A stretch of 53,191 bases of DNA, counting the filler, from Bipalium vagum (lineage: Eukaryota): NCBI GenBank assembly GCA_037834085.1. It is 3 parts of 3 records of this genome, joined end to end, with 100 filler letters (N's around TTAATTAATTAA, not from the genome) between each part and the next. Parts side by side here need not be neighbours in the genome. Positions count along the whole stretch, not along the records: positions 16,373 to 36,209 come from JBBMKC010262485.1; positions 36,310 to 53,191 come from JBBMKC010088462.1; 1 more part is not named here. One strand, 5' to 3'. Positions 25,521-36,372 of the stretch are shown here, in pieces. The notes below the pieces were generated by a model. That model worked only from the letters and a program-made list of their open reading frames with translations, was not told the origin of the DNA and did no database searches. A program made the translations under genes and the position numbers. The first letter of the stretch is position 1. Every line of letters starts with the position of its first letter.

Positions 25521-26695
25521 AAATTTTGTAGAAGCTGTAAAATTAATGACAGAATATCTAAATAACGAAATACCCTTTCATCTTGGCAGTCATTATGAAA
25601 CAAGATTCGAAATAGTTAAATATTGCTTAAAAGACCCGATATAAATCTATTTTACCGAAATATATACGGACAAACAGCTTTAGAAATGGCACAAAAAAAA
25701 ACAATTAACAGAAAAATAGATTTTTTATCCACAGCCGAATATAACTCAATCATTAGGATGCAACAAATTCCGTCACTATTTGATGAAGTAGATATATTTT
25801 CAGATTTTGATTTTCGCCATGCTAATTATAATGATACTGACTCGAGACCAGCTAGAGTAAATTGTGTTCGAAACTCATTTGTAGCTAGTGAAACCCGACC
25901 TATGATTACTACCAATAAACATGCAATTCTGGCTAGTAGATACTGGCACAGACTTCCCTTATTGACGCTTACAGAGGAACAAGCCACCGTAAATACCTCG
26001 CCCATATCAGTAAGAGGAGCAGATGGAAAATCGATACCATTACTATTAGGAACATGTAGAAGTATCATTCGAAAAATGGGTCACGATATTGATCAAACCT
26101 TAAAAGTAATGGAAAACAATGAACTCGAATGCATAATTGAAATGGATATTTTATCTAAAATCCAAGGTTTTATCCTTGATTTCTCTACCAACCCAAGAGG
26201 ATATAATAATTCGGTAAGAAACGAAGACCATGTAGCTGTTGTTCTAGACCAATTCATAATTCCAGCACGACAAGAACAGATATTCATATTAGACACAAAT
26301 CTACCAAATGGACAAGAGGTGATTTTCGAACCATCGGAGACATTTATTAATAGCAGCACTCTAACACAAGCTACCTTAGCTGTAGTAAATGGTAACCGAA
26401 TTCCCATAAGAATAGAAAATTTCGACATACAGCCACGGAAAATACATCCAGGTATGAGTGGGAACTATTAATAAATATATTCCACACATACAGATACTAC
26501 AATTCCAGCTAAGAAAATCTATGAACTGGTCTAAGTCACTACACCTACCGTTATATGCATTCAACAAAAGAGATTTACTCAATTAAAAATTTAAAGAGAT
26601 GCATTTGCTAAACACGAATTTGATTCCGGCACATCAAATATGTTACAACATGAAATAGGCCTCACCAATCTACAACCCATAAAACAAAAAATTAC
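25521..26695 (+). mobile_element. Ty3/gypsy polyprotein fragment (ankyrin-like repeat, aspartic protease, linker, start of RT), pseudogenised
   Basis: ORF 25623..26471 with VRGADGKSIPLLLG...CIIEMDIL; LVDTG in the +1 frame at 25933; DAFAKHEFDSGTSNMLQHEI...PIKQK at about 26598-26690. Confidence 0.7.
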
Positions 26696-27128
26696 GTTTA
26701 TTTGATATTTTACATTTGGACTTAGGTGTAGGTCGCTATTAGTCATTTTCCCGCTATTGGTAATGGTTTAGATTTGTTTTCAGACATTATTTTATAGCGA
26801 TTTAAAGACATTGAATTCTTGTTTATTACGATTTTTTTCTTCTCTACTTTTAGTGAAATATTATTGCACTTATTATAATATATTTAGTAAGTTATTTTCA
26901 CTAACTTGATTAATGCATTAAAGCATATTTTGATTCACGACCACGGTAATAACTAAGTGACGGGTTAGAAGAGTAGCGAACACAAAGTTACAGAGTGTAA
27001 TAACAGAAACGATAAAGTTATCAGGTTACCAAAAATAGTAACAGGCGATATAAAGAATAATATTAAAAAACAAAAGAAATTTCAGATAAAAATATTTACG
27101 AAGACTAAAAAACAGAAAATTAAAATGG

Positions 27129-27134
27129 TTTATT
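27129..27134 (-). terminator. Candidate polyadenylation signal AATAAA of PMPCA
   Basis: AATAAA on the - strand about 47 nt after the stop codon; weak evidence in AT-rich DNA. Confidence 0.35.
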
Positions 27135-27180
27135 TACATAATTGAAAAAAATTTAATGTTTGACATATTGAAAAAAAATT

Positions 27181-27350
27181 CTATGAAAATTTCTGAAATA
27201 TTCGAGGAATAAATCTTTCTGATGTTGTCAACATTTTGTTGACACTTTCCAAAGAAGGCAATTTCTGTATCTTTCCAAATCCTGCCATTGCTGGATTACT
27301 AAGCATCATTCTTTGCACCAGATCACGCATATCTTCAACATTGACCTTAT
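27181..27350 (-). CDS. PMPCA: PMPCA terminal exon 7
   Basis: ttag|(D)KVNVEDMRDLVQRMMLSNPAMAGFGKIQKLPS...FQKFS then TAG. Confidence 0.88.
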
Positions 27351-30300
27351 CTAAATAAACGATAATGAATTTAAAAATTAAGATTAATAAATATATTTTT
27401 TAATGATGAAAGTACAACAAAAATAATAATCACAATAGATAACATCGCTTTGAAAAATTATATCAAATTCATAATACATTATGAAGTGTCGACATCGTAT
27501 CATAACAAAAGTTATTATAAATCAAAAAATTTTAATCAAAATAAAAATTTATCCCAAACCGATCTTTTGAATCCATTCATCTGGACTACATCTAAATCCT
27601 TGATACAGGACTTGTCTGCCAATATCTTCGAAAAGAACCGGTCTCATTTCCAAATTCATCAAAAGCATCGATTTAAGCTGACATTTAGCTCTGAGAAATT
27701 CTTGATTATCGTTTATATTTCTCATACTTTTTATCTGTTTACAAATAACATGGACTAAAGACTCAATGTCACTTGGTTCAGCACTTCCAGTTATGGTAAA
27801 TAATCCCGTGTCACTATATGATTGATTATTGGCCACAATACTATTGACCCAATGGTACTGATTAAGTACATCAATGTATAAACGAGAATACATCCCCTTT
27901 CCAGGACCTCCAGAAGAAAACGAACTACCACCACCCATATATGTTTGTAGCAAGCAAGCAGGAACGAAATGATGGTCTTGAATTCCACACGATTCCAATG
28001 CAATTGATATGTGAGCGAATTCTGGCATAGGGCTGTGATATTGAGAGAGGTCTTGCATCAGCTAAATTTTTATTGATGAAATAAAAATTACAAAATCATT
28101 CGTTTATTTTGTTTTTAAGAATATCATTAAGTTATTAATTATACTATTTTTAATAATGAAATAACAAACTACAGTGAAACCTGTTTAAATTGAACACCAA
28201 TGTGTACCGACCAAATCGTTCATATTCAACATGGATTCAAATATTAAAGTACAATTTATTTAGTGTATATATTTAATTTTAATCAAGCATTAAAAGACAT
28301 AAAAATATTGAAATTTCTCAATCATGAAATAAATGAACAAATATTTTTATTTTATTAAAATATTCTTCTGTAGTCTTTGTTTTCAATTTACCTAATTTTT
28401 AATATATTGTTTAATGTACATGGTGTCCTATAAGTACCCGTGGAAAGTAAACCTAAATATCTTTCCTTAAATTCAATCGATTGAAATTTCAATTTATATA
28501 ATATTAAAGTATGCAGGTCTAAGTTTTGTTTTAATATTTTAAAATGAAATTTAGCAAAATGCCGCTTGATTTGAAGTTCAGAATCAAAATTGTACTTTTA
28601 ATGGCCAAATTCAACTCAATTTGTGTTGTTAAACGGAAATTAAATGCCGAAGTAAAAAAAACCTCGCCAAGTGAAGGTGCTATAAAAGAGAGTTTTTGTC
28701 GTTTTGAGATTGGCTCAGTGGAAGATCTTGAACGTTCTGGAAGACCAAGGGTGATCACTGAAAATGAAATTCAGAAAATGAGTAAAGTTATTGAAAGTGA
28801 CCCACAATGCAGTGTTCGATCTCTTGCAACCACCTACTCAATTTCGCAAACAACAATGTATTGAATTATGAGAGGACAGTTTTCATTGAAATCCTTTAAT
28901 GTCCATTTCACGCAGGAATTACATGAAGAGGATTAGCAAAACAGAGTTGAGATGTGAAAAACCCTGGTCCCAATGTTAGAAAATGTGGATATTCAGGAAA
29001 ATATTTTCTTTTAAGATAAAGCAACGTCTTACCTAAAAGGGTTAGTAAATAAACATAACATCAGACATTGGTCAGAAAGTAATTCACATGTTACTTTTGA
29101 AACTGCTAGAAAATCCCAGAAGGGAAATTTTTGGTGTGCTTTGTCAAAAATTAAAATTATCGGTCCGTATTTCTTTGAAGAGGAGACTGTTAATGGTCAA
29201 AATTATCTAACAATGCTTCAAGACTATTTTATATTTGAAGTGAGGAAAATGTACAAAGTACGGTCTCTGGTATTTCAGCAAGATGGAGGTCCTGCGCATT
29301 TTCAACAACTGTATGACGAAAGAGGTGGTTCAATTTGATGGGCTCCACGTTCACCAGGTTTAACTCCTCTTCACTTCTATTTATGGGGCCATTTAAAGAA
29401 TAAGATATACAAATCTGAAATAAATTGTTACCAAAGAAACTTTTAATAGCTTATTTTTAAATATTGTAAAAAGGATTAATTTATGTATATCAGTTAATAT
29501 AGTCATTTCTAACAATTGTTGTAAATATTTTATATGAAATAAAAATTAAAAGATTTGTCTTTAATTTTATAAAGCAAGCGATTAAATATCTCAATCTGCT
29601 TAAGAAATATTTAAATTTACTTTACGCGGGGACTTATGGGGCAACCTGTATTTAATGGTCGTCAAATCATGAAATTGAATAATTGTTTAATAATTTTAAA
29701 TACAGTACTTCAGAAATTACTTCATCAATATTTCAATTTACAATCATCTATGGAATTTATAATCGTATCCTCCCAATCTGCATCAATAGGTTCATATATT
29801 TGTATATCTTCATTGATAATAAACTGACACGTGATATTAAGTAACCGGTTAAGTAAGAAATCTCTTCAGTATTTGGTATACTTATTGTATATTGGAGGCA
29901 ATTAATGATAACAGAATTTTGTATATTAAGTCATGTGGAAGAAATCAATGTTATTGCTTGTTTAACATTGATTGCTTTTGTCATATCATGTATATTTTCA
30001 CACTTTTCACTTGAGGTCAGCATATAATTCAATAAAAATTGATGGTATCCAATCTTGAAAATTCTAATTATTTTAGCATCAGGTTGCTGTCTTCCAACAC
30101 CCTTGTATTTGGTAGTAAGAAAATTATTTTTACATTTATTAGTTCCACTATAGACACACAGCATTGTCTATCATTAATATTTTCCGATTTAGTTGTTTCA
30201 TAAAAATATTAAAATATTTCAAATAATCACTAAAGAAACTAGATGTCATTCAAGCTTCAGTATTTGATCTCCAAAATATATCATAACTTGAATCTTTCTC

Positions 30301-33300
30301 CAGTGGCAGAACAAAGAAGACAAATAATTAAGCACCCATGTGATAATTTACCTCTGCTTTTTTTTCTTTCAACAATAGACTTTTTTGGGTAGTTCCAATC
30401 AAAATAACGTGGTTTCATGTGGGTACAAATGTTAAAAGTTGTAACAGTTGACAAGCATCTTATCTACTTTTCTGCTTTACTTTAATCATGTGTTGCACTT
30501 GAACTAGATAGTGCTTTAAATATCTCTCTTACAGAATGCTTCTAGTCACCCATCTGATGATTCAAAAATATCAATAGATAAAATTCGTGCCACTCTTTTG
30601 ACCTTGTCATATATAATTTGACTCGGAATATACTTGAATTTGGCCGCTGTAAACCATGTTCTTTCATCCAATATTGTAGTCTTTCCGGTTATCCTGCATA
30701 ATGATTCAAGTGCTTCATTATTCAAAAGTTTGATTGCGCTTTGGTATTTTTGTTTTAAAAAGATACGACACACCAATTGAAATCCCTTGTTTTTAAGTGT
30801 TCTAAGCATTTCATTATATTTATAGAGTAAATATCTGCCTTCACTTGAATTCGGCATATTTTAAATAATTTTTGAATTTTCTTCAATGAAAAAGAAATTC
30901 AAAGGATATTTATTAAAATAAATTTAATAATAAATGCGTCAACTGACGCACTCCGTATTTGTAGTTCTATTTTTACACGAGTATAATAATGTTATATTTT
31001 AATAATAAAATAATTTTAAGAAATTATTATTAAATAATTAAGAGAAATCAATAAATTTTAAAGCAATGAAGAATTAAAAATCATATTGTGAATTCATATT
31101 TTTTGTGAAAAATGAATATTATTGCATGAAACCTATTCCTGTTACTATCATAGCTTTATTGGAAAAATAAAATAAACAATTTATCTTACTCGGACTTCTC
31201 CACCAGTCATTTGTGCCGTCGACTTGTCGGGACCAAAAGATAATATGTTATTTCTGATGTCGGAATCTTTCAAATAGAAATCTGAATAGGGGAAAAAATG
31301 CTTTTTGGCAGAATTCACCATATCATCGTGATCCACGCCCACACCAACAAGAACCATGGAATCAGGCCGGAAATTCATGGCCATGAGTGTAATTATGTCC
31401 GATCTTTGAATAGTATTGATGTTTTCCATTGGACAATAACGTGGCAGTCCGAGAGTGTTGTTTCTAAAGGCAGCTTGGTGAATTAAATCTTGCATCATGT
31501 TGTCTGGCGGAGGAATAATTCGCATTGCCTGATTTTCATAACTAACGGCTTGTCTGGCAACTTCGACTTCATCCTTCGTAATTTGAGGCTTCAATATAAT
31601 TTCACTGAGTAGATGCACCAATTTTTCCATTTCAGTTGTTTTACCAGATACACCATAAATTAATAAATCCCTATTAAAATTAAAAATTCAAATTTTATCA
31701 ACGATAATTGTAAATTTCAAGTTTGATTTTTGTTCAGTTTGTCATAAATTGACATTACATTTTGACCATATTAATTTAATTTACTTAGTCTAAAAACACT
31801 TAAATAAAAGAAAAATCTTTCAATATGAGTCATTTACTAGGATGTCTTATATGTTATGTAACCTTTATTCAATAAAAATTCAAAAGCAGAAAAATGTATA
31901 TTACAATCATATTTAATTTTCAAAGTATGTCATTTTGTTCTATGACTTTTAGCCATCTTTCAGCCAAATTTTGGATTCAAGCTCGATATCACTCCGCAGG
32001 TTTCGAGGCGAAGAACTACTGTACCACAGCATCGACTTCTTTAAGATTCTAAGACGAAGGAAGTGCTACTTAGTCTGGAACAATCGATAGTAACAGAAGG
32101 CTAAGTCCCGACAGACCTCCACTGTTCGTTGAGGTTGTGCTCGCGTCAGCTCATGGGGCGCTACTCTACAGCATCTGTTGACCATCCCAAACTCATTCAA
32201 CTACCTGTGAACGGAGGATTTTGAATCGGTTCGATTTTTCCAAAGATACTGAATTCTTCCTTCTAGGATGTTATCAAATGACCATTTCATTTGGCAGCCA
32301 AATTCGCTGGAGATGTGCCAAAATCAGCTGCAGCAAAGATATAAGTTAGTCTTGTATATATTGTTTTCGTTTATTTATATTCATTTTTAGGTTTACGTCT
32401 AGGAAATTGGTTCGAAAACTCAAAGCTTTCCCTTGAGACTGCAGCCCATTTCATCTATGGTTGGTGTTATCAATCAATATCAACGAAATACTGCTTGAGA
32501 AATTCGGAATGGGTTTGACAACGGTCGTCGACTGGAACAACTATCTAAGAGAAGTTGAAAATTGGAGCAGAACGCAGTGATTATCGGTGGACCCTGACTA
32601 ACAGTCGAGATATACGAAAGTCTTTTTACGCGGCGTAAGAGAAATTCAGGACGAGTACTACCGCAACAATAGATATTCGGAGGAACATGTCGAGAAACTA
32701 AGGAATGTTTCATCGTTAAGGTTCCGGACCGTTCAGCTGTCACTTTACTGCCAATTATTCAGTCATTTATTTACGCAGGCAGTATAATTATTTCAGATAA
32801 CTGGAGAGCATACAATGATTTACAGTTTTTTGGATATCCTCATCTAAAAGTAAATCATAAATATAACTTTGTAAATACAGTAACAGGAGCACATACCCAA
32901 ACTGTTGAGCGTATGTGGCGAAGCGTTAAATTCCGAAATAAGGTACAAAGTGGAACTTCTAGAAGTTTTTTAGACTCATACTTGGCTGAATACATGTGAA
33001 GAACTCTTCTAAACGGTCAGGATCCGTTTGAAACAATCTTACAGGATATTGCAGCTTTTAGTATTAAATAAATTTGTGAGTATATATTTTTTCTATTGGG
33101 TTGGCAACTAAGTTCGTGTGCTTTTTAAGAAGAAATGAAAACCATAAATTTTATTGATAAAAACAGTTTTATTCAATGCTATGTTCAACATTATTAAGAA
33201 TGACCTTCTGTCATCTTTCCACTAAATTTTTAATATATTTTAATTTTTAAAATAATTTTTTAATATTAGTTTGAAAAATTTTTATATTAAAAAGCGCAAG

Positions 33301-35145
33301 AACTTAGTTGCCAACCCAATAGTTGTGTGTGCGATTATGATATGACGCAATAAATTTTTAGTATTAAAATTTCTATTAAAAGTTTACATAATTACACAAT
33401 ACTCTTTTGTGGATAGATATTAGACAAGTTCCAAGGTAACATATCATACGGGACACCTGAATACTGGGCAAAATCACAGTAAAATTGTTATTTATAATGA
33501 CTATTTTCTGAATTGGAAATATCAACAAAAAATAAATTACAAAATAAAAACAAGTCATCATGTTGGTTTAAATAATATAAAGCTTCCAATTATTGAACTA
33601 CTTATAATAAGTATTGAAAATCTAGTTGTTAAACTAACAAATCTTAATTATGTTAAGGGAAAAGTAGTCGCTTTTTATATCATAAGTCGATAAAATTCAC
33701 TTTGAAAAATGTATTAAAATAATCGCCATTAATATCAAAGACAATGTTTATATCGTCTTTAAAAGTTTCATTGAAAGGATTCGACAAAACAAACTTATTA
33801 AACATCACCTTGAATTTTAAAATTCTTAATTGGTAACAAATTATCCAGTTATCTACGCAACAGTCAAAGATTAATCTAAACATTATAATTTTAAATTAAT
33901 TTTTCCTTCAAGATTGAGAAATAAAACTTTAAAGGTGATCAAAAAAGATATCAAATTTAAAATTTTTAGTACATTTCCATCTTCCTTACTTTTTAATGAA
34001 CATTCTAGAATATTTAAAGTTTCTCACATCTATTTTTAGAGTTTGTTGATATTTGTTACTAAACGGATAATCACAATTTTCTCTGTTTTTGACTTACTTA
34101 AAGTACCTCTCAAATGTTATAATGTATATGATATTTTGTGTGATATCATATTCTCAAACAAAGGACCATTCGTTGAAACAAACTTACATGTACACAAAAT
34201 AATTATCCTAGATGTAGGGTTTGAAAATGAATATTGTAAAATATTAATAGATTATATAAAACTTCAAAAAATCATTTATAATCATTGACTTTAAATACTA
34301 TATTAAAATTGTCTGAAATATAATTATTATTGTCGAGTTTCAGCTTTCAATAAATATTTAGATAACTATGTAGATAAAATATTAACTCAAATAAGTCTAA
34401 AAGTACTTCTATATTTTAATTGAAGATAAATATCATACTTAATCAGGATTATAATAATTAAGAAGGATAAATTTTATCAATATCAGTAATTATCACTAAT
34501 TATAATTTAGTATAATAGCAAACAAAATAGCAGTTAAAATCTTGGTATTTTTTTGATTTGCATTTTTTATAAATTTCTCGTTTTCATAAAATCAATTATT
34601 GTAAAATTTAGTACCTTGCTAATTGGATATCTGAAATTGCTCCACACTGGTCTAGGACTCTCTGGACTTCATCCTTACTTTTATATTTTTCAGTTGACTA
34701 AAAAATATGTATAACAAATTAATTATAAATAACCAATACTTGGAATCCTAATTTTTCAATAAAATGTGATATTCCACTTATGTGATGAACTTCATATCTA
34801 GGTGCACATTTTAACATAACTATAAATATTTTTAATAAAATTTAATATTTCAGTAACAAATACCTCCAATAGTACACTGTAATCCAAACTGATTTTGAGT
34901 GGCCACTGTTAATCCAGTCTTTAATTTACTTATTTTTGTATTTGTGTTAAAGACTTTATTAACATAATCTGGGCGTGAAATTGATAAGGGGTAAGCCAAA
35001 TTTTTATCCTCGGGAATATAATTATTTAGTAAATTAGAAAACCTTATTTTACTTAAATAGTTAAATTGTCTGAAAATATCTGGCTTAAATAAAATTATTA
35101 ATTTATAATATACGTTTTTTGGTTTCTTTTCATTAATTGTATCAT
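27181..35145 (-). CDS. PMPCA: Mitochondrial-processing peptidase subunit alpha (M16 family), complete, 7 exons, 517 aa
   Basis: Exons 35145-35114, 35069-34864, 34819-34740, 34697-34615, 31670-31190, 28061-27560, 27350-27181 sum to 1554 nt from ATG to TAG, all introns GT-AG. Motifs TKISKLKTGLTVATQNQFG, SGISHFIEKLGF (degenerate HxxEH), Gly-rich loop MGGGSSFSSGGPGKGMYSRLY and RAKCQLKSMLLMNLE. The basic N-terminus fits a mitochondrial presequence. Exon 1 is the least certain. Confidence 0.93.
27560..28061 (-). CDS. PMPCA: PMPCA exon 6 (Gly-rich loop)
   Basis: ORF 27549..28058 with MGGGSSFSSGGPGKGMYSRLY. Confidence 0.93.
28170..30960 (-). mobile_element. Decayed pogo/Tigger-like element in PMPCA intron 5, interrupted by a nested insertion
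   Basis: TA-CAGTGAAACCTG TIR at 28170; ORF 30546..30857 ending FESSDG*LEAF (CENP-B HTH-like); ORF 29931..30164 QQPDAKIIRIFK...INVKQAI (DDE_1-like); second TIR not found. Confidence 0.7.
28417..29650 (+). mobile_element. Tc1/mariner element (maT/rosa-like) with paired TIRs and TA flanks, decayed
   Basis: Left TACATGGTGTCCTATAAGTACCCG matches right-end reverse complement TACAGGTTGCCCCATAAGTCCCCG. ORFs contain GSVEDLERSGRPR, IIGPYFF and FQQDGGPAHF, followed by APRSPGLTPLHFYLWG. Confidence 0.88.
31190..31670 (-). CDS. PMPCA: PMPCA exon 5
   Basis: ORF 31181..31630: IHQAAFRNNTLGLPRYCP, MVLVGVGVDHD, AQMTGG. Confidence 0.92.
31838..32190 (-). mobile_element. Mariner 3' fragment in PMPCA intron 4
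   Basis: - strand CRDLAFCYYRLFQ (SPDLAPSDYHLF-like); TAGGATGTC TIR-like end. Confidence 0.5.
32190..33071 (+). mobile_element. Second Merlin/ISXO2-like transposase pseudogene, intron-containing
   Basis: WRCAKISCSKDI-[intron 32345-32390]-SLRLGNWFENSKL; IIGGP*LTVEIYES; VPDRSAVTLLPII; SDNWRAY; HTQTVERMW; DSYLAEYM*R. Confidence 0.85.
33094..33321. mobile_element. Mariner-derived MITE (228 bp including TA flanks)
   Basis: 33-bp TIRs starting TTGGGTTGGCAACTAAGTTC match at 31/33; TA on both sides. Confidence 0.92.
34615..34697 (-). CDS. PMPCA: PMPCA exon 4
   Basis: STEKYKSKDEVQRVLDQCGAISDIQLAR; donor AG|gtac. Confidence 0.9.
34740..34819 (-). CDS. PMPCA: PMPCA exon 3
   Basis: VMLKCAPRYEVHHISGISHFIEKLGFQ, flanked by 44-nt and 42-nt introns. 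Confidence 0.9.
34864..35069 (-). CDS. PMPCA: PMPCA exon 2
   Basis: Encodes ...TKISKLKTGLTVATQNQFGLQCTIG; donor GGAG|gta. Confidence 0.85.
35114..35145 (-). CDS. PMPCA: PMPCA putative exon 1 (MIQLMKRNQK)
   Basis: ATG at 35145; donor AC|gtatat is phase-compatible with the ttcag acceptor at 35070 (44-nt intron). Confidence 0.6.
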
Positions 35146-35677
35146 TTTGAAAATAAAAAAATAAGTATAATTTTAAACAACTTAGAACTAATAATAAATT
35201 GAACTTATATTTTACATTTTATATTTATATTTAAGCAGTATTAAAGATTTTAAAATCAATTAAAACTTAGTTAATCAACTTTTATTTGAAAAAATTACTC
35301 TGCTATTATAAGGTACACAATTAAGATCAGACCAAAGGTAAGATTGTTATTTCTTTAAAAATAATTTTTATTAAATCTCTTTAAAATACCAGATAAAATG
35401 CTTGACATTGAAAAAAGGAATATTAAAAATGGATATATTGATAAATATTTAAAAATCTAACTGTAATAAAGATAATATAAAATTCTGATTTAAATTAATA
35501 GTACTTTAATTTAATTTTAATTAGTTCATTATAGTTTTATTTGCATTTAAATTATTGGAATCTAAAACATTAAAAAGTTTTAAAATGTAAAATAATTATT
35601 CAAATCAACTAATTTTTACGCAATTATTCACTTATATTCATAAATATGGAAACCTTTAAAAAATTCGTATCGTGAAT

Positions 35678-36000
35678 ATATTACGTTGAAGCATAAGTTC
35701 GTTCGTTTCTTAATCATTTATTAGTCAATAATATTTAAGTAAAAATAATAGACATTTATTTCATGATAAACAAAAAGATCAATCAGTTAAGGATTGCCCA
35801 CCATTATTTACAACATTTTCCAATCATTGCATCATTTTTGTGATCTTGTTTTGACAAAATTGCGTTTGCCTAGAATCAAAGTAATTCTCAAGCCACTTTT
35901 TTAGATCCTTATCATTGTTGTATGTTAAATCTCATATTTGGTTAGAAAGCGAAAAATAGAAATCTGACAGAGCCAGGTTCGGGCTGCATGGAGGATTATT
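35678..36000 (-). mobile_element. Mariner 3' fragment
   Basis: - strand PPCSPNLALSDFYF; TATTACGTTG TIR-like end. Confidence 0.65.
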
Positions 36001-36209
36001 TGTCATAAATTCGGACAAAAATTATGCTTTTAAAATTTATATTTTAAGATTTGATCTCGATTTATTTCATGAATTTCTACACTACTATAAATATATACCA
36101 TTTTCAATTTAAATTAAATCTTTTTCACTTTAAATTAAACTTTTTTCATTTTGAATTAAACTTTTTCATTTTGAATTAAACTTTACATTAAACTTTGTTT
36201 TAAAAATAT

Positions 36210-36309
36210 NNNNNNNNNNNNNNNNNNNNNNNNNNNNNNNNNNNNNNNNNNNNTTAATTAATTAANNNNNNNNNNNNNNNNNNNNNNNNNNNNNNNNNNN
36301 NNNNNNNNN
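36210..36309. other. Artificial assembly linker (44 N + TTAATTAATTAA + 44 N)
   Basis: Identical in structure to 16273-16372. Confidence 0.97.

Positions 36310-36368
<59 letters not shown>
36310..36368 (+). repeat. (AAT)n microsatellite at the segment start
   Basis: About 19 perfect units. Confidence 0.95.

Positions 36369-36372
<4 letters not shown>

Noticed and set aside
27450-28003. ORFs 27450..27758 (+) and 27791..28003 (-) overlapping PMPCA exon 6
   Set aside because: Shadow frames of a well-supported exon.
32480-32743. - strand 87-aa ORF as a nested gene
   Set aside because: It is antisense to the + strand Merlin pseudogene.
33376-34288. Short ORFs in PMPCA intron 4
   Set aside because: I/F/K/N-rich translations typical of random AT-rich DNA, with no motif support.
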